Origin: Burkholderiales bacterium
GTDB taxonomy: Bacteria > Pseudomonadota > Gammaproteobacteria > Burkholderiales > Ga0077523
NCBI GenBank assembly: GCA_044370825.1
Contig: JBILUV010000001.1
Span: 1 to 43,176 of the forward strand
Reading direction: 5' to 3'
DNA: 43,176 nt
Of the stretch, positions 11,553 through 20,061 are shown piece by piece. The notes under the pieces were generated by a model. It worked only from the letters and a program-made list of their open reading frames with translations. It did no database searches and had not been told where the DNA came from. The position numbers and the translations under genes are program-made. Every line of letters starts with the position of its first letter. Position 1 is the first letter of the stretch.

Positions 11553-12863
11553 GTGTCCCGATCCTTCCTCGCCGGCCTTTCGGGCGAGCGCCTGTGGGAT
11601 CTTGCAGGCGACACGTGGCCGCTTTCCACCGCCCGGGCCTTGCGGCCTGCGGCAGCCATCGCGGTACGCGGCCTCATCCATGGTCATCGCGTTGTCCTGG
11701 CGGCGACTGACCCGGCCGTGGCATCGGGCGCCATCGGTGGCGCCGAGGCTGAAGTCCTGGCCGTCGCCGTTGACGAGGCGATGGAGCACCGCCTGCCGCT
11801 CATCCTGCTCATCGATTCCGCTGGTGCTCTTCTCACCGAAGGGGTGGTCGTACTGGGTGCCTTCCGCCGGTTGCTCCGCAGCATGCTGGTCGCGCGCAGT
11901 CAGGGTCTGCCGACTCTCGCGGTGTTTGGGCGGAATTGTTTCGGCGGAGCCAGCCTTCTCGCGTTTGCGGCGGATACCAGGATCTATCCTCAGGGCTGTC
12001 GCCTCGGTCTGTCGGGGCCCCGAGCGCTGCGTTCCCTGGACGCTGGCCCGGAGACCGATACAGCGGTCCTTACACTCTATGGCGCCGAAAGCCGATGCCG
12101 TCATGACGAAGACGGTGTGATAGTGAGTGATGACTCTTCTGCGGTCGCCGCTCTTGTTCGCGCATGGCTTGCAGAGGCCGTGAGCAGGCCCCCTGCAGCG
12201 ACGTCAGCCACCGAGAGCCGCCTTGCCCGTCGCCTGAGCCTCTACAGGGGTGATCCGAGCAGTCTGTCCAGCACGAGCCCTCCGCCAGACGTCGGTACAC
12301 GGTTGGATCAATGGTTTCCCGGAGGTTGGACTGCCGCCTACAGCGACGGCGTGGTCTGGGGCGAGTGTTGGGCGGACGGGGGGGAGACTTGTTTCGCCGG
12401 TTTTGTGGCGGGGCGGCCTGTCGGCGCCTTCGCCTGCGTCCGGATGATGGAAATCCTGCGTGGTTTCGCCGATGAACCACCGATCCTGGGAGTCACCCTG
12501 CTGCTGGACAGCCCCGGCCAGATGGCAGACGTGGACAACGAGCAGATCCTGCTCAGCGAGTTCGTTGCGCGCGTGGCCGATCTTGTCCACGGGCTTGGTG
12601 CGGAGGGCCGACTTGTCGACCTTTGGCTGGTGGGCGAGGCGGGGGGCGCGATCTATCTGGCCCTGGCTGCTGCAGCGACACGCGTCACCGCCTGGCCGGG
12701 AATGCATATCCAGACCCTTCCGCCCCGCGTCGTGGATGGGGTCCTGGGGCAGCGTCAGGCTGCGAGTGCAACCCTGGAAGATCTGCTCGAGGCCAGGGTG
12801 ATCGACGGCTGGGCGTCGGCCCCCCGCATCGACTACGAACCCCGACCAGCCGAACGCGACTGA
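11553..12863 (+). CDS. Fused malonate decarboxylase beta (MdcD)-like and gamma (MdcE)-like carboxyltransferase
   Basis: From GTG 11553 the N-terminus (MSRSFLAGLSGERL) resembles the MdcD N-terminus. The N-terminal half shows the MdcD-like pattern (LLIDSAGALL, CFGGASLLAFAAD, LGLSGPRAL). The C-terminal half shows the MdcE-like pattern (LLLDSPGQ....EGRLVDLWLVGEAGGAIYLAL). This rests on recalled family resemblance, not a search. Confidence 0.7.
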   Translation: MSRSFLAGLSGERLWDLAGDTWPLSTARALRPAAAIAVRGLIHGHRVVLAATDPAVASGAIGGAEAEVLAVAVDEAMEHRLPLILLIDSAGALLTEGVVVLGAFRRLLRSMLVARSQGLPTLAVFGRNCFGGASLLAFAADTRIYPQGCRLGLSGPRALRSLDAGPETDTAVLTLYGAESRCRHDEDGVIVSDDSSAVAALVRAWLAEAVSRPPAATSATESRLARRLSLYRGDPSSLSSTSPPPDVGTRLDQWFPGGWTAAYSDGVVWGECWADGGETCFAGFVAGRPVGAFACVRMMEILRGFADEPPILGVTLLLDSPGQMADVDNEQILLSEFVARVADLVHGLGAEGRLVDLWLVGEAGGAIYLALAAAATRVTAWPGMHIQTLPPRVVDGVLGQRQAASATLEDLLEARVIDGWASAPRIDYEPRPAERD

Positions 12864-12894
12864 AATTGGCAACCGCCACCTGGATATTCACCCA

Positions 12895-14397
12895 ATGAAC
12901 CGCAATCTCTACACTTTGCTGGAAAGCCGTTTCCCGCCCCCGGACACCCCGCTTCTAGAGACCGAGGAAGGTGTCGTCCATACCTATGGTGATCTGGCTG
13001 GCCTGTCGGCCAGGATGGCCGCAGTCCTGGCCGCGTGCGGCGCTGTCCCCGGCGACCGCATCGCCGCGCAAGTGGAGAAATCCCCTGCGGCGCTGGCTCT
13101 GTATCTGGCCTGCCTGCGCGGAGGCTTTGTCTATCTGCCGCTGAACACCGCCTACCAGCCGCCCGAGGTGTCGTACTTCCTTGGGGATGCCGAACCCAGT
13201 GTCTTCGTGTGCCGTCCCGAGAGCGTCGAGGCCCTCGAGCCGCGCGCGCGCGAGTCCGGCGTCGCAACCGTGCTGACCCTTGACGCCTCAGGTCGAGGCA
13301 CTCTGGCCGACGAGGCGCGGGCCGCCCCAGATGATCAGTCGATCCATCTCGCCGGAGCGGACGACCTCGCCATCATCATCTACACGTCTGGGACGACGGG
13401 ACGATCCAAAGGGGCGATGCTGACCCACGGCAGTCTTGCCGCCAATGGCGAGGCCCTGCGCAGAGCCTGGGCCTTCGAGGCTGGTGATGTGCTGCTCCAC
13501 CAGTTACCCCTGTTCCACGTGCATGGGCTGTTCATCTCGACACACTGTGTGCTCTTGAGCGGAGCCCGGATGTTGTTCCACCGCAGGTTTGACAGCGCCT
13601 TGGCCGTGGCGAGTCTGCCGCGCTGCAGTGTCATGATGGGCGTTCCCACCTATTACACGCGCCTGTTGGCGGAGCCCGGATTCACCCGCAACAGCGCGGC
13701 CAGCGTCCGTCTGTTCGTTTCGGGCTCGGCGCCCCTGCTGCTCGAGACCTTCCGCGAGTTCGAGGCGCGCATCGGACAGCGCATCCTGGAGCGCTACGGC
13801 ATGAGCGAGGCAGGCGTCATCACGACAAATCCCCTGGGCGGGATTCGCAAGGGAGGAACGGTCGGCCAGCCTCTCGAGGGGATGGACGTCCGAGTGACGT
13901 CATCCGAGGACGTGCCCCTGCCGGCGGGCGAACCGGGCGGGGTACAGATCCGTGGAGAGAGTGTCTTCCAGGGGTACTGGCGCATGCCGGAGAAGACGCA
14001 GGAGGAATTCACCAGCGACGGCTGGTTCCGCACTGGGGATGTCGGCGTGATCGATGAGGAGGGCTACCTGTCCATCGTCGGACGGGCCAAGGACCTGATC
14101 ATCAGTGGTGGCTTCAACGTTTATCCCAAGGAGATCGAGCTCGAACTCGACGCCTGGCCCGGCGTCGTCGAGTCTGCCGTCATCGGCATACCCCACCCTG
14201 ATTTCGGCGAGGCGGTGACGGCAGTGGTGGTACTGACAGCAGGAGCGTTTCTGAACGAGGCGGGGGTCCTCGCTGCGCTTCGAGCGCGGCTCGCCAATTA
14301 CAAGGTCCCCAAACGCATACACGTGGTGCCTGACCTTCCGCGGAATGCGATGGGCAAGGTCCAGAAGAACGTGTTGCGGGAGCGCTTCGCGCCGTAG
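12895..14397 (+). CDS. matB: Malonyl-CoA synthetase (MatB-type AMP-forming acyl-CoA ligase)
   Basis: AMP-binding motif IIYTSGTTGRSKGAMLTHG and a strong resemblance to rhizobial MatB (GDRIAAQVEKSPAALALYLACLRGGFVYLPLNTAY, YFLGDAEP, GKVQKNVLRE). Confidence 0.85.
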   Translation: MNRNLYTLLESRFPPPDTPLLETEEGVVHTYGDLAGLSARMAAVLAACGAVPGDRIAAQVEKSPAALALYLACLRGGFVYLPLNTAYQPPEVSYFLGDAEPSVFVCRPESVEALEPRARESGVATVLTLDASGRGTLADEARAAPDDQSIHLAGADDLAIIIYTSGTTGRSKGAMLTHGSLAANGEALRRAWAFEAGDVLLHQLPLFHVHGLFISTHCVLLSGARMLFHRRFDSALAVASLPRCSVMMGVPTYYTRLLAEPGFTRNSAASVRLFVSGSAPLLLETFREFEARIGQRILERYGMSEAGVITTNPLGGIRKGGTVGQPLEGMDVRVTSSEDVPLPAGEPGGVQIRGESVFQGYWRMPEKTQEEFTSDGWFRTGDVGVIDEEGYLSIVGRAKDLIISGGFNVYPKEIELELDAWPGVVESAVIGIPHPDFGEAVTAVVVLTAGAFLNEAGVLAALRARLANYKVPKRIHVVPDLPRNAMGKVQKNVLRERFAP

Positions 14398-14459
14398 GAA
14401 GGTCTGACTGCTCCGGCGCGGGACCTCCGTCCCGACCGCACAATCAATCAGACCTTCCT
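14396..14459. repeat. Inverted-repeat element, copy A (12-bp perfect arms AGGAAGGTCTGA / TCAGACCTTCCT, 40-nt interior)
   Basis: The arms lie at 14396-14407 and 14448-14459. The interior holds a small hairpin, CGGGAC-CTCC-GTCCCG (14419-14434). The left arm starts inside the matB TAG stop codon. The same arms recur at 34359-34387. Confidence 0.75.
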
Positions 14460-14634
14460 GAGGATCGGCAGGACGCGAGTACGGCTGTCGAAAAAGGGGG
14501 TCAGGCGATCGATGGCGCAAAGGCAAGGTGCGCCACACCGTCGCACTCATTGTCGGGTTTCGGCCGCCGGGCCCCTGTATTCGCGGCGCTGTAGCCCGTG
14601 ATTGGGTCCGGGTGAGCAGCATGCCTAGCGCGGT

Positions 14635-15306
14635 TCAGGTCTGGCCGCGGGCGCGACGGGCGATGGCGCGACGGAGATCTCCGATGGAGGCACGCACACC
14701 CGTGAGATTCGGGTTGATATCGAGAGCCTGCTCGTAGAACGCGAGCGCGCGTTCCATGTTCCCGCGTCCGGTCTCGATCATGCCGTAGCCGGCAAGTGCA
14801 CCGAAATGCGAGGGATTTCGAGCCAGTACCTGATCGCAATCCCTCGCCGAAGCATCCAGATTGCCGACCAGGAACCATGCAGTAGCACGCTTGTTCCAGC
14901 CTTCGGCGTAATCGGGGGCAAGCCCGACGACGCGACTGAAAGTCTCGATGCTCTCGGTCAGGCGGCCTTCCGCCATCTGCCGCCTTCCGTTCTCCATCAG
15001 TGCATCGATCCGTTCGTCGCCGGAACGACCCCATACCGCCCAGACCGCGTTCTGCGCCAATGATCTGACCAGATTGTCGGGGTCATGCAATGCAGACAGA
15101 AGAGCCGGGACATCGGCCATGGTGCCAAGGCGCTCGAGACGCATGGCGGCAAGCTGACGGGTCGCCGACTCGCCCGTGCGCAGCGCGGATACAGCTTCTT
15201 CGCGTGTCAGCGGTGGAGGCGTCGGTTCAGCAGTCCATGCGGACGCGGTGAGGCAGAGCAGCATCGCCAACAGCGCGGCCCGTCGCAGCGCGCTCATGCG
15301 CGGCAT
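14635..15306 (-). CDS. Secreted HEAT/TPR repeat protein
   Basis: Signal peptide (MPRMSALRRAALLAMLLCLTASAWTA), a HEAT-like segment (LLSALHDPDNLVRSLAQNAVWAV), and TPR-like repeats (AEGWNKRATAWFLVGNLDASARDCDQVLARNPSHFGALAGYG). It starts 2 nt after the upstream aminotransferase stop. Confidence 0.75.
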   Translation of the reverse strand: MPRMSALRRAALLAMLLCLTASAWTAEPTPPPLTREEAVSALRTGESATRQLAAMRLERLGTMADVPALLSALHDPDNLVRSLAQNAVWAVWGRSGDERIDALMENGRRQMAEGRLTESIETFSRVVGLAPDYAEGWNKRATAWFLVGNLDASARDCDQVLARNPSHFGALAGYGMIETGRGNMERALAFYEQALDINPNLTGVRASIGDLRRAIARRARGQT

Positions 15307-15308
15307 CG

Positions 15309-16508
15309 TCAGGCCACGGCTCGCGGCAGCGCCGAGGGGCGCTTCGACTCGGTCAGGAAATCCAGCGCCGCTCGAACACCTTCCCGGACGATTGGCACGC
15401 CGCCCAGGACGAGACCCATCTCCACCCCCGCCAGGGTGCCGGCCAGGGTGAGGTCATTGAAGTCGCCCAGATGTCCGACGCGGAACACACTGCCGGCGAG
15501 TCTGCCCAGTCCGGTGCCCAGAGAGAGGTCGAAGTGGTCGAGGATCAGGGCCCGCACCCGATCGGCATCGTGCCCTGCCGGAAGCACGACCGCCGTCAGT
15601 GAACTGCTGTACTCGGCTGGGTTGGCACACAGTACCTTGAGACCCCAGGCGCGAACGGCGCGCCGGGTCGCCTCGGCATGGCGGTCGTGACGCGCAAACA
15701 CGTTCTCCAGCCCCTCCTCCATGAGCATGACGATGGCCTCCCGCAGTCCGTAGAGGAGATTGGTGGCGGGCGTGTAGGGGAACCACCCCGACTGATTGGA
15801 GGCGAGCATCTCCTCCCATGACCAATAAGATCGAGGCAGCCGCGCCGCCGCGGACGCAGCCATCGCCTTGCGGCCGATGGCATTGAACGACAGCCCCGGG
15901 GGAAGCATCAGGCCCTTCTGGGAGCCGGCCACGGTGACGTCCACGCCCCATTCATCATGTCGGTAGTCGATCGAGCCGAGCGACGAGATGGTGTCGACCA
16001 TGAACAGGGCCGGGTGGCCGGCGGTGTCGATGGCACGGCGGACGTCCGGAATGCGGGAGATCGCACCCGTGGAGGTCTCGTTGTGCACCACGCATACGGC
16101 CTTGATGGCATGCGCGGCATCCTCGGACAGACGCGCACCGATGGCCTCGGGGTCTGCGCCATGCCGCCAGTCGCCCGGCAGGAACTCGACCTCGAGACCG
16201 AGCCGGGCTGCGAGCTTCCGCCACAGGCTGGCGAAGTGTCCGGTCTCGACCATCAACACCCTGTCGCCAGGCGACAGGGTGTTCACCAGAGCGGCCTCCC
16301 AGGCACCGGTTCCGGAGGCAGGGTAGATAACCACGGGGCCGCGGGTCCCGAAGATGGGCTTGAGTCCGTCGAGGACTTCGCGTGCGAGGCGATTGAATTC
16401 GGGGCCGCGGTGGTCGATAGTCGGCCGGTCCATGGCACGCAGGATCCGGTCCGGCACGTTGGTCGGCCCTGGAATCTGCAGGAAATGGCGGCCTGCGCGA
16501 TGTGCCAT
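15309..16508 (-). CDS. Class V aminotransferase, serine--glyoxylate aminotransferase (SgaA)-like
   Basis: Close resemblance to methylotroph SgaA (PGPTNVPDRILRAM, VHNETSTGA, AGSQKGLMLPPGL with the PLP lysine, FRVGHLGD). I chose ATG at 16508, preceded by GAGGAG. The longer ORF (to 16640) adds a non-homologous leader. Confidence 0.88.
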   Translation of the reverse strand: MAHRAGRHFLQIPGPTNVPDRILRAMDRPTIDHRGPEFNRLAREVLDGLKPIFGTRGPVVIYPASGTGAWEAALVNTLSPGDRVLMVETGHFASLWRKLAARLGLEVEFLPGDWRHGADPEAIGARLSEDAAHAIKAVCVVHNETSTGAISRIPDVRRAIDTAGHPALFMVDTISSLGSIDYRHDEWGVDVTVAGSQKGLMLPPGLSFNAIGRKAMAASAAARLPRSYWSWEEMLASNQSGWFPYTPATNLLYGLREAIVMLMEEGLENVFARHDRHAEATRRAVRAWGLKVLCANPAEYSSSLTAVVLPAGHDADRVRALILDHFDLSLGTGLGRLAGSVFRVGHLGDFNDLTLAGTLAGVEMGLVLGGVPIVREGVRAALDFLTESKRPSALPRAVA

Positions 16509-16563
16509 GGGGTACTCCTCAAACGAGTCCAGTGAACGGCTGCAGAGTATCATTCCCCCAGTC

Positions 16564-19485
16564 ATGAACGCACCGCATCCCATCGTCCGCTCGAGGCGAC
16601 CCGGAGATCCCGCCCTGGCCGGACGCCTGCGCGGCGCCATCGAGGGTGATGTGCTGTTCGATGCGTCCAGCCGTGGACGCTATTCGACCGACGCCTCGAT
16701 CTATCAGGTGGAGCCCCTCGGCGTCGTGGTTCCGCGAACCGATGCGGATGTCGAAGCGGTGCTGGAGATCGCCCGCGATCAGGGAGTGCCCGTGTTGCCG
16801 CGGGGAGCGGGCACCTCCCAGTGCGGGCAGACGGTGGGTGAGGCGATCGTGATCGATACCTCCCGTCACCTGAACCGTCTGGTCCGGCTGGACGAGGAGG
16901 CGCGCACCGCAGTTGTGGAACCCGGCATCGTTCTGGACCACCTGAACGCTGCCCTCAGGCGCAGCGGCCTCTGGTATCCGGTTGATGTGTCGACCTCCGC
17001 GCAGGCCACGCTGGGCGGCATGGCGGGCAACAATTCCTGCGGTGCCCGTTCCATACGTTACGGCAACATGGTGCACAACGTCCTGGGCGTCGATGCCTGG
17101 CTGGCCGATGGCAGCGAGTGCCACTTCGGTCCTGCGGAGCAGGTCGCGTCCGGATCGTTCCGGTACCGCGAACTCGTCCATGCCATCCACGCCATCGCGC
17201 AGCGGGAGGCCGCAGAGATCGAGGCGCGCTGGCCACGGGTGATGCGGCGGGTGCAGGGCTACAACCTCGACATGATGCAGCCGCATCTGCCGCACAATCT
17301 CGCGCATCTGCTCGTCGGTTCCGAGGGGACGCTGGCCTGGTTTCGCCGCCTGCACCTGAAGCTTGCCCCGCTGCCCAGACACAAGGTTCTGGGAGTCGCG
17401 CACTTCCCCAGCTTTCACCGCGCCATGGAGCTCACCCAGGAGATCGTCCGGCTCGATCCGGACGCGGTGGAGCTCGTGGACCGCACCATGATCTCGCTGG
17501 CTCGGGAGCACGACGAGTTCCGGCCGGTGGTCGAGCGGTTCTTCGTGGGCCAGCCGGATGCGATCCTGCTGGTCGAGTTCGCAGGCGAGGATCGCGACGC
17601 TCTGGTCACCAGGCTTGCGCGACTGGACGAGTTGCTCGGGGATCTCGGTCTTCCCGGCGCGCTGGTCCAGGTCACGGATGCGGCCCAGCAGCGCAGTCTG
17701 TGGGAGGTGCGAAAGGCCGGGCTGAACATCATGATGTCCATGAAGGGCGACGGCAAACCTGTGTCCTTCATCGAGGACTGCGCCGTGCCCCTGGAACATC
17801 TGGCCGAGTACACGCGCGCCATCGACGAGGTGTTCGCCCGCCACGGTACCCGTGGCACGTGGTACGCCCATGCCTCGGTTGGGACGCTGCACGTCCGTCC
17901 CGTGCTGGACATGCGCCGTGACGGCGCGCGGAAGATGCGCGCCATCGCCGAGGAAGCCTGCGCCCTGGTGCGCCGGTTCAAGGGAGCCTACTCGGGCGAG
18001 CACGGCGATGGTCTGGTGCGCTCCGAATGGATCGAGCCCATCCTCGGTGAAAGGCTCACGCGTGCGCTCGGGGAGATCAAGGATCTGTTCGACCCGGGAA
18101 ACCTGTTCAATCCCGGCAAGATCGTGCGCCCGCCGCGCATGGACGACCGCAGCCTGTTCCGCTACAAGCCGGGATACGCCTTGAAGTCTCCGCCCACCGC
18201 CCTGGACTGGTCGGAATGGGGTGGGATCGGCGGTGCGGTGGAGATGTGCAACAACAATGGCCACTGCCGCAAGTTCGACGCCGGGACGATGTGTCCGTCG
18301 TACCGGGTGACGCGTGAGGAGCGGCACCTCACCCGTGGCAGGGCCAATACCCTCCGGCTGGCCCTGTCCGGCCAGCTCGGGAGCGACAGCGAATCTGCCG
18401 GCGCCCTGGCAGAGGCGATGTCCCTCTGCGTGGGCTGCAAGGGATGCAAACGGGAATGCCCCACCGGGGTGGACATGGCCCGGCTCAAGCTCGAGTGGCG
18501 CCACTGGCAGCACCTTGCGCAGGGAGCGGGGTTGCGCGATCGCCTCGTGGCACACCTGCCCCGATATGCACCCCTGGCAGCGCGTCTGTCCTGGCTGGTC
18601 AACACGCCGAGTTGGTTGCCCGGCGCGGCCACACTGCTCGAGCGCCTCACCGGGTTGTCGGCGCAGCGCCCGCTTCCACGCTGGCGCGCAGACGTCTTTC
18701 GTGACCACGAGATACCGGGCCGGGATGCGTCCGGCGACCGGACGCCGGTGGTCCTGCTGGCCGACACGTTCAACCGCTACTTCGAACCCGAGAACCTGCG
18801 CGCCGCGGTCCGGGTGCTGGATGCGCTGTCCTATGCCGTCGAGCCTGCGCGCGACGCCGATGGCGGGAGGCCGCTTTGCTGTGGCAGGACTTATCTCGCG
18901 GTCGGCATGGTGGACGAGGCCAGGGCCGAGGCGCGACGGCTGCTGCGGGCGCTGCAGCCTGCCATCGAGCGTGGTCTCCCGGTGGTGGGCCTGGAGCCCT
19001 CCTGCCTGTTCACGTTGCGTGACGAATACCGGGTACTGGGCCTCGGGGCTGCAGCGGACGCACTGGCTAAACAAGCACTCACTTTCGAGGAATTTCTTTC
19101 GGCCGAAGCCAGGAGCGGCAAGTTGAAGGCCGCATTCCAGGCTCTGCCGCGGCCTGCTGTCCTGCATGGGCATTGTCACCAGAAGGCCTTCGGCGCTTTC
19201 GAGGCGGTGCGCGAGGTCCTCGGCCTCGTGCCGCAATTGCAGGTCTCGGTGGTTGAGTCGGGCTGCTGCGGCATGGCGGGCAGTTTCGGTTACGAGGCCG
19301 AGCATGTCGCGGTTTCACGGGCGATGGGTGAGCTCTCACTTTTACCCGCGGTGCGCGCCAGCAAAGAGGACGCGCTGGTGATCGCGGACGGCACCAGCTG
19401 TCGCCACCAGATCAGGGACGGCACCGGTCGCGCGGCCCTGCATGTCGCGCGCGTGCTCGAACTGGCTTTGCCCGCGACCGCCTGA
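16564..19485 (+). CDS. ydiJ: FAD-binding oxidase fused to an Fe-S (CCG/4Fe-4S) domain, YdiJ-like 2-hydroxyacid dehydrogenase
   Basis: N-terminal FAD-PCMH domain (VVPRTDADVEAVLEIARDQGVPVLPRGAGTSQCGQ), a GlcD-like middle, and Cys clusters (CVGCKGCKRECP, CCGMAGSFG). The architecture matches E. coli YdiJ. I chose ATG 16564 so the gene does not overlap the divergent aminotransferase. Confidence 0.85.
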   Translation: MNAPHPIVRSRRPGDPALAGRLRGAIEGDVLFDASSRGRYSTDASIYQVEPLGVVVPRTDADVEAVLEIARDQGVPVLPRGAGTSQCGQTVGEAIVIDTSRHLNRLVRLDEEARTAVVEPGIVLDHLNAALRRSGLWYPVDVSTSAQATLGGMAGNNSCGARSIRYGNMVHNVLGVDAWLADGSECHFGPAEQVASGSFRYRELVHAIHAIAQREAAEIEARWPRVMRRVQGYNLDMMQPHLPHNLAHLLVGSEGTLAWFRRLHLKLAPLPRHKVLGVAHFPSFHRAMELTQEIVRLDPDAVELVDRTMISLAREHDEFRPVVERFFVGQPDAILLVEFAGEDRDALVTRLARLDELLGDLGLPGALVQVTDAAQQRSLWEVRKAGLNIMMSMKGDGKPVSFIEDCAVPLEHLAEYTRAIDEVFARHGTRGTWYAHASVGTLHVRPVLDMRRDGARKMRAIAEEACALVRRFKGAYSGEHGDGLVRSEWIEPILGERLTRALGEIKDLFDPGNLFNPGKIVRPPRMDDRSLFRYKPGYALKSPPTALDWSEWGGIGGAVEMCNNNGHCRKFDAGTMCPSYRVTREERHLTRGRANTLRLALSGQLGSDSESAGALAEAMSLCVGCKGCKRECPTGVDMARLKLEWRHWQHLAQGAGLRDRLVAHLPRYAPLAARLSWLVNTPSWLPGAATLLERLTGLSAQRPLPRWRADVFRDHEIPGRDASGDRTPVVLLADTFNRYFEPENLRAAVRVLDALSYAVEPARDADGGRPLCCGRTYLAVGMVDEARAEARRLLRALQPAIERGLPVVGLEPSCLFTLRDEYRVLGLGAAADALAKQALTFEEFLSAEARSGKLKAAFQALPRPAVLHGHCHQKAFGAFEAVREVLGLVPQLQVSVVESGCCGMAGSFGYEAEHVAVSRAMGELSLLPAVRASKEDALVIADGTSCRHQIRDGTGRAALHVARVLELALPATA

Positions 19486-19513
19486 TCTTGATCACCTCAG
19501 TCCAGGAGACACC

Positions 19514-19990
19514 ATGGAAGACACCTCCCCCACCGACTGGAAATTCCACGGCGTGCGCGTCGTCAAGGGCACCGAACTCGACGTCAACACGCCGCAGACA
19601 CCCGGCATGAATCGCGCCGCCGCCATCACCAACGCCCGTTGCGGCGCGGAAAAACTCTGGGCTGGCACCGTCGTGATCCACGCGAAAGCGAAAACCGGAG
19701 CCCATCACCACGGGCCGGTGGAAAGCGTCATCTACGTCGTCAGCGGCAGGGCCAGGATGCGCTGGGGGGACAGGCTCGAGTTCACCGCCGAGGCCGGTCC
19801 CGGGGACTTCATCCACGTGCCCCCCTTCGTGCCGCATCAGGAGATCAACGCGTCGGACACCGAGCCGCTGTCATGTGTCCTGTGCCGCAGCGGGCAGGAT
19901 CCGGTGGTGGTGAATCTCGACATTCCCGTGGTCGAGCAGCCAGAGACCGTCCACTGGGTGGATGACATCCATGCAGCCCCGGAGCGGTGA
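19514..19990 (+). CDS. Cupin domain protein
   Basis: Cupin motifs (HHHGPVESVIYVVSGRARM ... GDFIHVPPFVPHQEIN). ATG 19514 is preceded by AGGAGA. Confidence 0.75.
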   Translation: MEDTSPTDWKFHGVRVVKGTELDVNTPQTPGMNRAAAITNARCGAEKLWAGTVVIHAKAKTGAHHHGPVESVIYVVSGRARMRWGDRLEFTAEAGPGDFIHVPPFVPHQEINASDTEPLSCVLCRSGQDPVVVNLDIPVVEQPETVHWVDDIHAAPER

Positions 19991-20061
19991 GGCCAATTGG
20001 ATCGGCCGGGTGCACCGATGGCGGGTCGCTGCCGGTCGCGACGTCTGAAGGAGTGGAGCGC

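Noticed and set aside
16354-16563. N-terminal extensions of many track ORFs. Examples are 16354 for the YdiJ-like gene, 2360 for atpD, 15309-16640 for the aminotransferase, 25075 for phnM, 28317 for the dehydratase, 28887 for hpf, 31141 for GH57, 39297 for the binding protein and 40460 for the amidohydrolase.
   Set aside because: The extensions overlap neighbouring genes or encode Arg/Pro-rich sequence unlike the family N-termini. Internal starts give canonical N-termini and, in most cases, an SD-like purine tract or a start/stop overlap with the preceding gene.
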